This document shows, in pieces, positions 47,636 through 62,699 of a DNA stretch of 64,000 bases. The stretch's first letter is position 1; every line of letters begins with the position of its first letter. Source of the stretch: Octopus sinensis. Its lineage: Eukaryota. Both the position numbers and the translations under genes were made by a program. A model generated the notes under the pieces. That model saw only the letters and a list, made by a program, of their open reading frames with translations, was not told where the DNA came from and searched no databases. The stretch spans positions 11,718,001 to 11,782,000 of the forward strand of contig NC_043014.1 of NCBI RefSeq assembly GCF_006345805.1, in the 5' to 3' direction.

Positions 47636-49760
47636 TATACTGAGAAAAGACGCAGCATGTACTCTACCTGGCCATTTGCATTTCAACATGAGGTTTTTCC
47701 TGGATGTGCAGTCTACCTTCGCTGCAGGGACTTGATACTGCAGGAGGATTACAAACGAGTTGAGTGATGTTGAATAATGATTTATTATTAGCGTAGCCTA
47801 CGGATACTGCGGTAGACACCACGCTAAAGTAGCACCGAAGATCGAATTAAAATGTCTATATTAAAAAATTAAAGACGCAATCCCAAACTTGGAAAGTAGA
47901 AATGGATTTTGGAACTTTAAATTACAACCAACGAATTGGGGGTGGGGTGGGGAAAGGCGGGAGACAGGATAAAAACATGATAAACATGGGGAAAATAATT
48001 TCGAAATAAAAGAGAAAGAAATACTGGAACTAAATCTGATTAGTTTGTAGAGTTGAAAAACAAAGAAGAGAATGGTGTCGTAGCCAACGAACCTGGAAGA
48101 GTATTTCAAAATGCCGGTAACTGCAAATCTTAACTGTTGTGCTGTGTATTTGCTTAAACAAGCTAACCGTTGACTATTCGGTCTGGTACAGAGGAGCAAG
48201 CAATATGATAATGTGCAGTGATTCGGCGCATGCCTGCCTCCAATGATTAAGACCAAACGTAGACTTTGTTTCTCCATAAGCGTTTAAAAAAAAATTATGT
48301 AAGAATTGTTCTTGGCCGTTTGGTAGAGACAAATAGTCATGCTTTAATTTGCCAATTTTTGTTGACGAAATTACTGCAAACTATTTGCAGTATTTTTTTT
48401 TTAACTTAAATTTGAGCTCAAGAATTTTTTCATCGTGAGCTTATAGTATCGGACCAACATTTTTGTTGGTCCGATAGTCTAAGCTCGCGAACGAGATATT
48501 TTATCAACAACTAATATTTTCCTCGGCTCTTATACAGAAGAGGGTGGCGAGCTGGCGGAGTCGTTAGCGGTCGGACAAAATGCCAAGCAGCATTTCTTTC
48601 GGCTATTTACATTCTGAGCTCAGACGCCACCGAGATCGACTTTACTGTTCATCATTTCAGACTCGATAAAAGTACCAGTTGAACACCGAGGTCGATGTAA
48701 TCCACCTCACCCCCGCCCCTTAAAATTGATAGCATTTTGTCAAAATTTGAAACCATTGCATAGGAGAAAGAAAGAACATTTCGAATAGCGAATTCCAGGA
48801 TCTAAATTCATAGAAATATCGTTGTTTTTCATGTTATTAATCGGCAGACATTTTAAATCTATAGACATTTTACCCACAACTATTTTTCTCTATATAGAAG
48901 CCAAAAAAAAAAAAAAAATTTAAATCGTATGATAAACTTATTGTTCTGGTAGCTGAATTTATGGAAATATGGTTTTTGTTTAAACATTAAATTGGTTTTA
49001 TTGTAATAATCATACGTTGTGAGGACAGTGGAACAATAAAACTTGTATATACGGTTTTGTGACTGTGGTTTATTCCCCTTAAAAGTATTGCACTTAACAT
49101 ATAATGATGGTTTCAAATTTAAGCACAAGACCAGCAGTTTTCAGGGAGGGGGCAAAGTCGATTACATCGATTCCCGGATTCAATCAATATTTGAACTCTC
49201 AAGGGATGAAATGCAAAGTCGTTCTTCGCCTAAGGATCCAGAACGTAAAGACATGGAAGAAATGCCGTAAAGATACTTGGTCCGACTCGCTAACGATTCT
49301 GCCAGCTCGTCCGTCTTCACTTATGATCCAGTCAACCAACACGGCAAAAGACGATTGGATCCTATGTTGTTGTTCGGTCAACTTCAAGTAGCAGCGAAAT
49401 CTCAGTAAAATCACATCTTTCAGCATCTTTTTTTTTTTTCAAACTGGGATCCAAGAGACCCCAGGGGACAGTAAAAATTTTTTTAGGTTCTGCGAAATAG
49501 TCTTTAATTTTTGTTTAAAATTTTATTTTATAAAACGAGAACTATTTGCCATTTTAAAAATCAATGTCATATTTCTATCTTTTACTGGTTTCTTTTATTG
49601 GATTGCGGCCAAGCTACAGCAGTGCCTTGAACGGTTTAGTCGAACAAATCCATTCTAGTAAATTTTTTTAATATATAGTACGTATTCTATCGCCCTCTAT
49701 TGTTGAACCACTAGGCTACGGGGACTTAATCAGACCAAACCGATAGCTTAAGAGATGGTA

Positions 49761-49797
<37 letters not shown>

Positions 49798-50204
49798 ACG
49801 GACTTCCACTCAGTTTCCGTCTATATGGTTTATGCACATCAGGAACCTGGTGATTTGACGAGAGCGAAGAGGTGATGTTGAAGTGGTAATGCCTTTCCAG
49901 AGAGCGACACGGAGGATGGCTGAGCCGAAGGCTTGGCACGTCCCTATCACTGATTCATAAATTGTGTTCAAGGTATTTAACTGTCATCGGCCGAGTCCAC
50001 TTGGGTCCTGTAAATAGGTTCCGCAAGTTGGTCTCGCTAAATACACAAAAGCGGTAGTATTTCGTTAGCTTGCAATTCTGAGTTCGAACCTATCTTCCTA
50101 CATGAAGTAGTCTTCAGTTGTACTTCAGCCACTCAGTGGAGTCACTGGGCAAACCATTATTATTATCGCCAACCCCATTTCCTCACTCTATATCATTCAT
50201 TAGC

Positions 50205-52630
50205 TGGTACTTACTTAATCGACCCCGAAAGAATGAAAGGCAAAGTCGACCTCGGCAAAATTTGAACACAGAACGTGACGGCAGTTGAAATACCCATTTC
50301 TTTACTACCCACAAGGGGCTAAACACAGAGAGCACAAACAAGGACAGACAAACGGATTAAGTCGATTATATCGACCCCAGTGCGTAACTGGTACTTATTT
50401 AATTGACCCCGAAAGAATGAAAGGCAAAGTCGACCTTGGCAGAATTTGAACACAACGTAACGGCAGATGAAATATCTATTTCTTTACTACCCACAAGGGG
50501 CTAAACACAGAGGGAACAAGCAAGGACAGACAAACGGATTAAGTCGATTACATCGACTCCAGTGCGTAACTGGTACTTATTTAATCGACACCGCAAGGAT
50601 GAAAGGCAAAGTCGACCTAGGCGGAATTTGAACTCAGAACATAACGGTAGACGAAATACCTATTTCTTTACTACCCACAAGGGGCTAAACACAGAGGGGC
50701 CAAACAAGGACAGACAAACGGATTAAGTCGATTATATCGACCCCAGCAACATAAGTGAAATGAACTGATTATACTTGGAGAATCGAAACCGTATCAGTTA
50801 CTCAACCTAGTTAAAGAGATTGTTAGGCAGGACGAGAAATACGTTTTGGCATATTACATGTACGTACAACACCGATTCTTCAGACATTTATGGTCTGGAA
50901 CTTCTTGTAGTCCGCATTAATTAACACTAATGTACAGGTACATGTATTTCATTTGGGTGGATTTAATATTTGAATTTTAAGGATGTGAGCTGATGGAAGA
51001 ATTAGCACGCTGGGGAAAATGCTTAGAACGTAAAGAACAGACGAATTGTCACAGAGGCTAACTTTGCCTTCCATCCTTTCGGAGGTCGATAAATTAAGTA
51101 CCAGTGAAACACTGGGGTCGGTGTATTCGACTAGTTTCTGCCCCCAAAATTTCAGGCCTTCAACCTTTAGCAGAAAGGATTATCATTATTACGGCAGTGA
51201 ATGTGGCGAGCTGGCAGAATCGTTAGCACGCCGGGCGAAATGCTTAGCGACATTTCGTCTGCCGTTACGTTCTGAGTTCAAATTCCGCCGAGGTCGACTT
51301 TGCCTTTCATCCTTTCGGGTCGATTAAATAAATACCAGTTACGCACTGGGGTCGATGCAATCGACTTAACCTCTTGTTTGTCCTTGTTTGTCCCTTCTGT
51401 GTTTAGCCCCTCGTGGGTAGTAAAGAAATAGATATTTCGTCTGCCGTTACGTTCTGTGTTCAAATTCTGTCGAGGTCGACTTTGCCTTTCATTCTTTCGG
51501 GGTCGATTAAATAAGTACCAGTTATGCACTGGAGTCGACCTAATCGAATTAATCCCTTCCCCCAAATTTGAGGCCTTCTGCTTACAGTAGAAAGAATTAT
51601 TAAGACAGCGAGCTGGCAGAATCGTTAAGACACCGGGTAAAATGTTGAGTGGCATATCGCTCGTCTTTACGTTCTGAGTTCAAATTTCACCGGGGTCAAA
51701 TTTACCGTTCATCCTTTCGGGGGTCGATAAAATAAGTACCAGTTAAACACTGGGGTCGATATAATCGCCGACTTACCCCCTCCCCCGAAATTACAGGCCA
51801 AAATTTTAAATCGATAGTAGTTTAATTTAAAATATGTTGATCAAGATGACCATCCCTTTAATTGCCTGTACCATGTACTCACACAAGAATTTTATTTGGC
51901 GTGAAATGAGCTCTCTAAGGAGTATAGATTCAAATAAAGGCCAAGATCTGCTATCGATTCTGGGTTTAAGAGCAGACCCTTTCATTTCGTTAATACCTCT
52001 TTGGAAAATTATAGAGGTATAACACGGATTTTCCCGAATCTTTCGTTTCAAATCCTTTCCAGAGTACTGATTTTTCCGAACCAAGTGTAGCCACCTTGAT
52101 TAGCACATTCTAAATTAAACATTCTTTTCTACTTTAGGCACAAGGCCCGAAATTTTGGGAGGAGGGGACCAATCGATTAGATCGACCCCAGTACACAGCT
52201 GGTACTTAATTTATCGATCCTGAAAGGATGAAAGACAAAGTTGATCTCGGCGGAATTTGAACACTGCCCGGCGTGCTAACGTTCCTGCCAGCTCGCCGCC
52301 TTAAATTAAACATAGTTTAAATTTACTTAAATACAGGAATTAAATACACTCAATAATAATAATAATAACGATAATACATTTGTAAATTTTGGCGCAAGGC
52401 CAGAAATTTTGAGGGAAAGAGAAATCAATTGCATTCAACTGGTACTTATTTCCTCGACCCCTGAAAACTTTGAAAGGCAAAATCGACCTCCTTTGAACTC
52501 AGAACGTAAAGCCAGAAGAAATGCCGCTAAGCATTTTTCTCCGGGTTGCTAACGATTCTGCCAAATTGCCGCCGTATTGATAATCCTCATTAATATAGGT
52601 ACAAAGCCTGAAAGTTTGGGGAAAGGGGCC
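50205..52630. mobile_element. Dense SINE family A cluster (minus ~50205-50745, plus ~50985-51800, minus ~52125-52630)
   Basis: Many near-identical body/tail repeats. Further family A copies lie at ~39258-39483, 42960-43340, 48543-48750, 49100-49310 and 57710-58310. Confidence 0.85.
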
Positions 52631-54142
52631 AGTCGATTTTTTTGTTTTGTTTGTTCCTTCTCGAGCCATGCCTGGGTCATAAGGGCCGGTTTCCCGGTTT
52701 CCTTGGAGTATAGGTTCCCAACCTGGACGGGATGCTGGTCCATCGCAGGTGAGCTGCAAGATGCAGGAGGAAAGAGTGAGAGAAAGTTGTGGCAAAAGAT
52801 TCAGCAGAAGTCTTGCCATTACCTTATCTTCTTTAAAATGGACGGATCCACTGGATAATACTGACTGGGGTAGGATGAAGATAGCCATATTAGTGCGTCT
52901 TTGGTAAGGAATCTAATGATTTAGTTCTGGGCACAAAAACAATTGCAGGAACAGAGTAAAGACGAGACAGCAGACGATAGACAAGAAAGTTGAATTTTAA
53001 AGGGACATAATTGCAGCTAGTAAACTGGTGTAAGGTAATGGTTATCTCCCTTTACCTATAAATTGCTCATCGTAAACTTTTATGGTAGACTTTTAGAATC
53101 GGGAATGTTGAACAAAATGCCCATACACGTACACACACACTGTGTGAAGGCGTGTGGTTTAGTGGTTAAGGTATTCGGTTTACGATCGTAAGGTCGTGGG
53201 TTCAATAACCGGCGGCGTGTTGTATTTTTGAGCATAGCACATTATTTGACATTGTTCCAGTCCACCCAACTGGCTAAAAATAAATTGTACCAGTAATTTC
53301 AAAGGGCCAGCCTTGTCACATTCTGTGTCATGCTGAATCTCCCTGAGGTCTATGTTAAGGGTATGCGTGTCAGGGGAGTGTTCAGCCACTTACACGTTAA
53401 TTTGTGGAGGCGCAATGGCCCAGTGGTTAGGGCAGCGGACTCGCGGTCATAGGATCGCGGTTTCGATTCCCAGACCGGGCGTTGTGAGTGTTTATTGAGC
53501 GAAAACACCTAAAAAACTCCACGAAGCTCCGACAGGGGATGGTGGTGATACCTGCTGTACTCTTTCACCACAACTTTCTCTCACTCTTACTTCCTGTTTC
53601 TGTTGTACCTGTATTTCAAAGGGCCGGCCTTGTCACTCTCTGTGTCACGCTGAATATCCCCGAGAACTACGTTAAGGGTACACGTGTCTGTGGAGTGCTC
53701 AGCCACTTACACGTTAATTTCACGAGCAGGCTGTTCCCTTGATTCGGATCAACCGGAACCCTCATCGTCGTAACTGACGGAGTGCTTCCATCCACACGTT
53801 AATTTCACGAGCAGGCTTTTCCATTGGTCGGAACAGCTGGAACACCCATAGTTGTAACCGTTAATGTGTGAGTGTGTGTGTGTGTACATCCAGAACGACG
53901 CTAATTGCTTAGGAGTGAAATTTAAGATTTCTTGCTTTTTCTGTGAATCGAGTTTGATAAAACTTTTCCCAGGCGCAGGAGTGGCTGTGTGGTAAGTAGT
54001 TTGCTTACCAACCACATGGTTCCGGGTTCAGTCCCACTGCATGGCACCTTGAGCAAGTATCTTCTATAGCGTCGGGCCGACCAAAGCCTTGTGAGTGGAT
54101 TTGGTTGACGGAAACTGAAAGAAGCCCGTCGTATATATTTAT

Positions 54143-54210
<68 letters not shown>

Positions 54211-54429
54211 TTGCGTGTCTGTGTTTGTCCTTCTCCGCAACATCGCTTGACAACCGATGCTGGTGTGTTTACGTCCCCGTAACTTAGCGGTTCGGCAGAA
54301 GAGACCGATAACTATAAGTACTAGGCTTACAAAGGATAAGTCCTGGGGTCAATTTCCTCGACTAAAGGCGGTGCTCCAGCATGGCCACAGTCAAATGACT
54401 GAAACAAGTAAAAGATTAAGAGTAAAGAG

Positions 54430-55760
54430 CTGGTTTGCACACTACGGCAACACCTTTGTTCTGCTTTCATTATTCTGTGTAACGTCCTTTCTTTTTTATT
54501 TCAGATTCTTCCGTTTTGAATGAAAATATCCCATCAAGACAGCTTTTTCAGTGAATATGATGGGTAATTATACATATCGAGCATACATTAAGTATATATT
54601 TAACAGAAAACCATAATATCATAACAGTTATTGACATAATGAATTATTTATCCACATGAACACCTAGGAAGAAACGATCCGATTGTGGGACCTCCAAGAC
54701 TGTGGGAGTAATGGATTTAAGGAATATTGGCTGCAAGTTATGTGGGAACCCTGGACAAACAAGCAATGCCATTTTCATTACCTCCGGACTTCTTCACGTA
54801 CCGAAAACCACCAGAAATCGCATCCTCGAGACCATGGCTTCCGTTTGAGAACTCCTGAATCTCCCTCCTCACAGGAGTTTGAGACTTCAATGGGGCCAAA
54901 AGTACGCGACGTTAGACATGAGTCGTGTTCTTTTCACTGACGAAACCAGGGCAGCCCTTGATGAACCCGACGGTTGGCCAAATGGTTGGGTCTGTTTTGG
55001 AGGTGAGCGTCACCAACGTTTACGACGTCAACAACAGGGTGCAGGAGTCATACTGTGGGCTGGTATCATTGGGGACAGATTTGTTGGCGCAGTCAGGGTG
55101 CCTGAAATAATTAAAATGACCGTATTTGCCTACTGCAATTTCCTGAGGGAAGTCTTGAATCCCTGGCTAGATGACATACTACAGTCACTTCTAAGGAATC
55201 TCATATTCATACATAACAACACTCCCTCCCATTCTGCTAGGGCCACCTAAATATTCCTTGGGTCTTATGGCATACAAGGTGAAAGGTTGATGTTGTGGCC
55301 GCTAGCATCTCCGGATCTCAATCCTATCGAAAATCGTGGGTCCATCATTAAACAAAATGCCTATGCCGATGGACGCTAATTTAAGTCGAAAGATGTCTTA
55401 TGGGCAACCATCAAAGCTGCTGTAGAGGTAATCCAACCTTTTAGTATTGACAGATTCCATCAGTAATAGGGATTTTGAAGTTCTCTGTCGAAATGGCGCT
55501 CATGTGACTAAATAATTCAGTATGTCAATAAATGTTATAGTATTATGGTTTTCTGTTGAATATACACTCAATGTATGCTTAATATGTATAATTTCTCATC
55601 ATTTTCTGATTAAAAAAATGTCTAAATGAGCTATTTTCATTGAAAAACGATTAGCTTGGTTCACCCCCAAATTGAAGAATCTGAAATAAAAAAAAAAAGA
55701 AAGGGTGTTACATAAGATAATGAAAACATAACAATGGTGTTGCCAGACTGTGCAAAAGAG
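54430..55760 (+). mobile_element. Tc1-family transposon remnant with ~200-bp TIRs
   Basis: VLFTDE...GVILWAGI...FIHNNTPSH...WPLASPDLNPIEN. 54430-54650 is the inverted repeat of 55510-55760. A second transposase fragment lies at ~57100-57450. Confidence 0.85.
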
Positions 55761-55843
55761 ATGGAATAAAAATTTTTTTATCAAAATCGATTTACAGAAA
55801 ACCGAGAAATCCTAAATTTCAATCCTAAGCTGTTACTGTGTGT

Positions 55844-55880
<37 letters not shown>

Positions 55881-58800
55881 TAAGAAAGAAAGAAAGTTAA
55901 TTGCTATGCCCGGTCGTAGTGTGATCATTGGTTTTGCACCTATGAAGTACTTAGAAGTATAGGCAACTCCTTAGACTCAAATAGCCGAAGGTGTATATAT
56001 ATATATACAGAGAGAGAGAGAGAGCAATAAGAAAATGGAGGGGGATCAATAGGTGGTATTCATCAACTTTTAGACATTATATTATGTCAGTTTATTTAAT
56101 TACTAAAATGACAATTACAACAATATACATACATGTCTCTTTACCCTCACCCCTTTAGTACACTTGGTAATGTAATTGCAATGCAATAAAAAACCACTTG
56201 TGTATTAATAATTGGGTATTCTACCAGCAGTATATTGGATAGATATTATCCCTTAGTTGGTTGGATTCACAAGCTCTAACTTTCTGGGAATATACATACA
56301 TACATGCATGCATGCATGCTCACACATACAGTCATGCTTGGCGTTTACAGTTATACTGTTTGTGGTATTTAGCACACTAGAAAACCTTTGGTAAGACCTC
56401 GACTGAGTTATAGAAATCTACTTCACCATGTTTAGAATTCTAAGTTTCTCCCAACCGCTATAAGTATTTCAAATTTTCTATAAGTATTTCGGATGTAATT
56501 TTTTAGACAAGAAAAAAGCGAAAACATGAAAGCGATTTTCGTCATCAACATGCAAAGCCATATGAGCACCATTTCGACAGAGAACTTCAAAAATAATAAT
56601 CTGGTAAAAAATTTGAAAATGATTGGATGGATTTTAACAAGATTCCATGTTTACAGAAAATTCTCCGTTTAAGCATTTCCTTCCTGGTTTTGGTTGCAGC
56701 TATTACTGTGTGTGTGTGTGTGTGTGTTCAGGCGAGCGATTCTTCTGGTTATCATCTTTATGACCGAACACATCTCTTATCTGTTACTCTGTGCGCGCGT
56801 GTGTGTGTGTGTGTGAGAGAGAGTTGTATTTAGCATTTTTCATGTAATCCAAAGGAGTTTTCCAAATAGTGATTATGACGTCATAACATCAATGACATTT
56901 GTCTGGAGCTTTCGTTTCAGAAATCTAATTTCGGTGAAGTTTTACCTGTTACAAATTATCATTATGACGTCACAATATCCGTAACGTTTTCTGCAGTAGA
57001 ACCTACATTTCAGATCATTTTCAAACTCTTTTAACATTCTGAAGTGATTAAAGGCGAAACTATGAGTGTCTAACATGCTGGTTGGTACCATAACATAACT
57101 GTTTTGGAGGTGAGCGTCACCAACCTATTCGGCGTCAACAACAGGGTGCAGGAGTCATGTTGTGAGCTGGTATCATTGGGGACAGATTTGTTGGTCCAGT
57201 CAGGGTACCTGAAATGATTAAAACGACCGTAGCCGCCTACTGCAATCTCCTGAAGGAGGTCTTGGATCCCTGGCTAGATGACATACCGTTGTCACTTCGA
57301 AGGAATCTCGTATTCATGCATGACAACGCTCCCTCCCATTCTGTCAAGATAACCTAAACATTATTAGTTTTACGGCATAAAAGTTGAAAGGTTGATGGTG
57401 AGGCCTATCGAAAATCTTTGATCCATCATTAAACAAGATGTCTACGCCAAGGTGTTCGGTATTGTACCTGTATCTCTATGAACTCTCAACTGGGCAATTT
57501 TATTTCATGAGAAGAGCTAAAGGGCGCTCTAAAAATGACATAGCGAAGAGAGACAAGAAGTGAGAAGCAGCTGGAATGAGACAAGCACAGTGAAAGTAAA
57601 CCAAGCTGGTTGGAGAGATTGTGTTGTGGCCTTATATACCTTATGGCACGGTGAGAACTATCTCCACTCCCGACATGCATTTTGTGTGTGGTTACTTGAG
57701 TGTGTTTCTTATTTCTTTATTGCCCACAAGGGGCTAAACATAGAGGGGATAAACAAGGACAGACAAAGGGATCAAGTCGATTACATCGACCCCAGTGCGT
57801 ATACTCTTTTACTCTTTTATTCTTTTACTTGTTTCAGTCATTTGACTGTGGCCATGCTGGAGCACCGCCTTTGGTCGAGCAAATCGACCCCAGTACTTAT
57901 TCTATTGGTCTCTTTTGCCGAACTGCTAAGTTACAGGGACATGAACACACTAGCATCGGTTGTCAAGCGATGTTGCGAGGACAAACACACACATATCTAT
58001 ATATACATATATACGACGGGCTTCTTTCAGTTTCTATCTACCAAATCCACTGACAAGGCTTTGGTTGGTCCGAGGCTATAGTAGAAAACGCTAGCCCAAA
58101 GTACCACGCAATGGGACTGAACCCGGAACCATGTTGTTGGCAAGCAAGCTACTTACCACACAGCCACTCCTGCGCCTATCTGGTACTTTATCTATCGACC
58201 CCTAAAGGATGAAAAGCAAAGTCGACCTCGGCGGAATTTGAACTCAGAAGGTAACGGCAGATGAAATATCGCTATGCATTTCGCCCGGCGTGCTAACGTT
58301 TCTGCTTGCTTGAGTCTGTTTCTGTGTGTTCAACAAATCTCATGTATCTACATAAAATGTCTAAAAACCTACAAAGGTATACCTACATTTTAGCTAGACA
58401 TGGCTAACATAGCAACTCAGTCTCCTTCCAATCACAGCCCATTAGCGTAACTTGGGGGAAGGGGAGAGAAGGCGAGGATGGCGGTGAACCCCGGGCGAAG
58501 CCTTTATTGGAGTGATGCTGTATGGGCCTCTATTGGCTTATACGACGGATGGGCGGTGACAGTAAACTCAAGGACTACCCCGGGTGGAGGACACTCTGGT
58601 TACGCCACTGAACCCAAGAGAGCCACCAGCCATGCAACATTGTAAGACACATGCGAAAAACAGGAATTCCGGAGTTTAAGTTTCAGTGGACAGGAAGGCG
58701 ATGTTGAGCAACATTGCTGTGGGATGCATATATCAGGGCTCAGTGACCCCTTGCATTCCTGATATGTCCCCAGTCACTTTGAACAAGGCTTACCACTAAA

Positions 58801-59983
58801 CCAGAAAATTAGACAAGTGAGTGAGGCCGGTCGTCTAATACTTTTATCTCTCAATGTAATTAGTCTAGTGCAAGTGGAGGCTTAATATAACAAGTCAAGA
58901 CTCAAATACGCCTGGCGCAAATCAAGACACAAATTTCTTCACGGGCATAACAAGAAAAGCACACCGAAAAGCTCTATCTGCGACGATTTCATCTCAATCG
59001 AAGGAGAGGGGCTTTCTCCGTCCTGGTTGCGGATCCGTGGAATAAGCTGCCGGACGAGATAGTGAAGATGCCGCTCGGTTCAAAGACTCTCTTGACCAGA
59101 AATGGCCTGAACTCTTTGCATGAACACCCTCCCTGTGCATAACTTCATGTCCTCCTACATGGCCTTGCTTTTGCTTTTTGAGCCACAAAATTAACTTAAC
59201 TTAAGACATAAATGCATGGCTGTGAGGTAAGAAGTTTGTTTCCCAACCACATGCCTTCAGGTTCAGTTCTGCTGTGTGGCATATTGAGCAACAAGTGTGT
59301 GTGTGTTTTTTTTTTGCAGACGGAGCTGAAAGAATGTGTGTATGTGTGCGTGCGTCTTTGTATTAGTATCCTGCCGCCGTTTGACAAACAGTGTTGGTTT
59401 GTTTACGTCCCTTTAATTTAGCGGTCCGGCAAAAGGTTCAATAAAATAAGTACTGGTCTTTAAAAACAAGTACTGGGACCGATTCTTTCGATTAAAACCA
59501 TTTAAGGTGGTACCCAAGCATAACCGAAAATATACAAAGCTTGAAAGAGTGTAACGTTGAACGGCCTACTTATGAACATCTTGTGGCGATCTTAAGCAAG
59601 ATGTTCTCTGCGTACTCTGAAGTACAGCACTCAGAATCAGAAATGATAAAAAAAACTGAAGGGAGGAGGGCTGCACAGAAAGGAAGAGTCCTACAAGGTC
59701 ATCATACTGTTATTGCGTGCTCCCACTAAAGACGTGGATTTTATGCTAATATTGGTCAAATAAACCATTTGAGGACCCACACAGAGCAAAGCTGCTAACC
59801 TGGTCATTTTCAGGAAAAAAGAAGAATGAACGTTATATATATATATATCGCCTTGTTTCTGTGTTCCTTTCTGTGGAAGAGCGTAGGCTTGAAACGTTGA
59901 AGACATTTTCACTCCCCGAGCGTTATACTAATACATCTGTTTGTTGTCTACACCACTTGTCTTCGTAATTTTTTGTGAATTCT

Positions 59984-60031
<48 letters not shown>

Positions 60032-60810
60032 CACCAGAGTGTACCTACGCAGCTATATATATATTTTTTTGTATATAAAAAATAGAAAAATGGGACAAGA
60101 ACGCAAAACATCCAGACAGGTTATACAAAAAAGGGATGTTTTGTTATCCCTTTTTTGTATCACCTATTTCGATGTTTTGCGTTCTTGTCGCATTTTTGTA
60201 TTTTACATATATATATATAACTCGAAGTAAAGGAAGGGAGATAAACACGAGCAGATCTAATGACAGTAATGACATGGAATACAAATAGACAAAAGGAATG
60301 ATGTAATAGCTGTAAATGCACTCATTAAGTCTGATTGTATTAGTCTGCTTTTTTGTTACTTCTACACCCGCTCGACGAGTATCGTTCTTAAAGTCGACTT
60401 TCTACACTCGGAACCACTCGCCCTGGACGACGGATTTGGAATTTAAATTTTCATTTACCTGACCACTACTTGGTAAATATCTATAGCACCCTTGCTTTAG
60501 CGTTCTCCAATACACGCACACACATCTGTTTATTTTATTAATGTCACAGTTTTGCTTTTGTTTTTTTTATTGTGAAAGTGTTCAATTCTTGAGTATCGCC
60601 TCTTATTATTGGGTTGTCAGATAAATTCGTTCGTCTATATATATATTAATTTTTTTCCTATTTAGCATTCCTTCGTCATATAGCTGGAGAGAGGTAAAAA
60701 TTTATTCAAATTTCAAAAACTATAAACATAAGTGGGAGAGAAAAGACAGAACCACAAAGAAAAAAAAAATATGAAAATCTTTTTCGTGTTAATTCAAATA
60801 ATTAATTAAT

Positions 60811-61730
60811 GGGAAGCGGGGACAAAATCAGTAAACGGGGTAAAATGAGTAATTTCTGGTTTGTCGTTATTTTCTCCCTACCCGTTTCAAATCATTACAT
60901 TGCAAGTACTGAATTACCATTTTGTACTCTTGCATCATTTTTTGAAGTAAAAATTGTTGAAGTTGAGTCCGAAGCAAAGTCAGGTGACAGGTTTGTTTGT
61001 TTGTGTCTTTTTTTTTTTAGAATTTCTTTTTTTTTTTTTTTTTTTTTTTTTAGAAATTTTTACTCAACTTCGACCAGATTGTGATTGAGATTGCTAACAA
61101 ACTATCTGGATATGTTTTGGTGTTTAATGTTCAATATTCCTTTCTCTGGATTTCACGCCAATCTGATAATTTTCAAGTTTCAAAAAGTTATGCCTAAAAC
61201 GGGGTAAACTGAGTAATGACTAATTTCAATGGTCTCTTCCTTTTTACCGCATGGTGCGTAACTATATCGGGAGAACAGACACTCCAGCAGATCGCAAAGA
61301 AGCTACAGAGAATATTTTGAGATTCAGTCGAGTTTCGTTAATTTCATACTAGGTGCCACTTTTCCATGATCCTCTTTCACTTGATCTAAATATTAAAACT
61401 TATTTTTTACATTTCCGATCTTTCTGGCGTCTACGGATGGATATTGATGTGTATGAGACTTTTCAAATGCGATTCTGGAAAACTGAAAAGACAAATTCAC
61501 TTTATCTTGGCTTACTCATTTTGCCCCGCCTAAATTTTTCTTATAATACTCGGAGAACGGCGATAATTTTCTGAAATAGTTATATAAGATTGTTAAAATG
61601 CTTCTAATGCATTTCGGGAAGACCATTTTTTTTGCTGCTATAGTTTTCGTAAGGTAGTGAGCATTTGTAAAATATATATTTTATCTCAGTCCAAAAGGCA
61701 GTAAAAACTCATTTTTGTGGCCCGCCCCCA
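60811..61730. mobile_element. Possible DNA-transposon remnant with repeated cggggtaaaatgagtaa terminal motifs
   Basis: cggggtaaaatgagtaa (~60836) and cggggtaaactgagtaa (~61200) are inverted relative to ttactcattttgccccg (~61512) and actcatttttgtggcccgcccc (~61708). Confidence 0.35.
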
Positions 61731-62667
61731 GTTGTAAAAGATCAAAATAAAATGGGACGTGGGGTACGAACGAACAAATTTAGCTAACAACCTGTTTAGG
61801 AATCAAATGTCACTTGTGATATCTGGATGCAAGGTTTTAACGTATGTACGTTACGGGACTGACTCCGTTGCTTTAGGCCCTCTGCAATGTGATGTCAGCG
61901 TTTTCAATTGCTACAGAAATATCATGTGTCGCCTTGGTCAGTTGGCAGAATTGTTAGAACGTCGGACAAATGTTTCGCGATAATTATTCCAGCTCTTTAA
62001 GTTACGAATTCAAATCATATTGTGGTTGCTGACTTCACCTGTCATCCCTCTGCCGCCGACAAAATACCAAACCGACAAATACACCCGGTCGATTCTTCCT
62101 TCCTGCCTCTTCCTCCTGTCCCTTTCAGAGGTTACACGGTGAGAGAGATGAGATGGGAAGCATTCACGGAAAACCTTTCGTCCAATAAATGTGGTGGAGG
62201 GGGCTGGGGGAGGGAGAAGTAAGCCCTTCTCACCTAGAATGTTACACAAAGCCTCCAAAGAAACCAGAGAACATGGTGGGCACAGATGGATTAATTTGCT
62301 GCCTATCTATATATGTGTGTGTATGTCTATCTATCTATCTATCTATCTATCATCTATCTATCATCTATCTATCATCTATCTATCATCTATCTATCATCTA
62401 TCTATCATCTATCTATCTATCATCTATCTATCTATCATCTATCTATCTATCTATCTATCTATCATCTATCATCTATCTATCATCTATCTATCATCTATCT
62501 ATCATCTATCTATCATCTATCTATCTATCTATCTATCTATCTCTATCTATCTATCTATCTATCTATCATCTATCTATCTATCTATATATATATATATATA
62601 GGAGAGTATTGTAGTTCGCTTGAAGCCTTGTGTATTGTTTCAAGCGAACTACATTCCTCCCTCCCCC

Positions 62668-62699
<32 letters not shown>

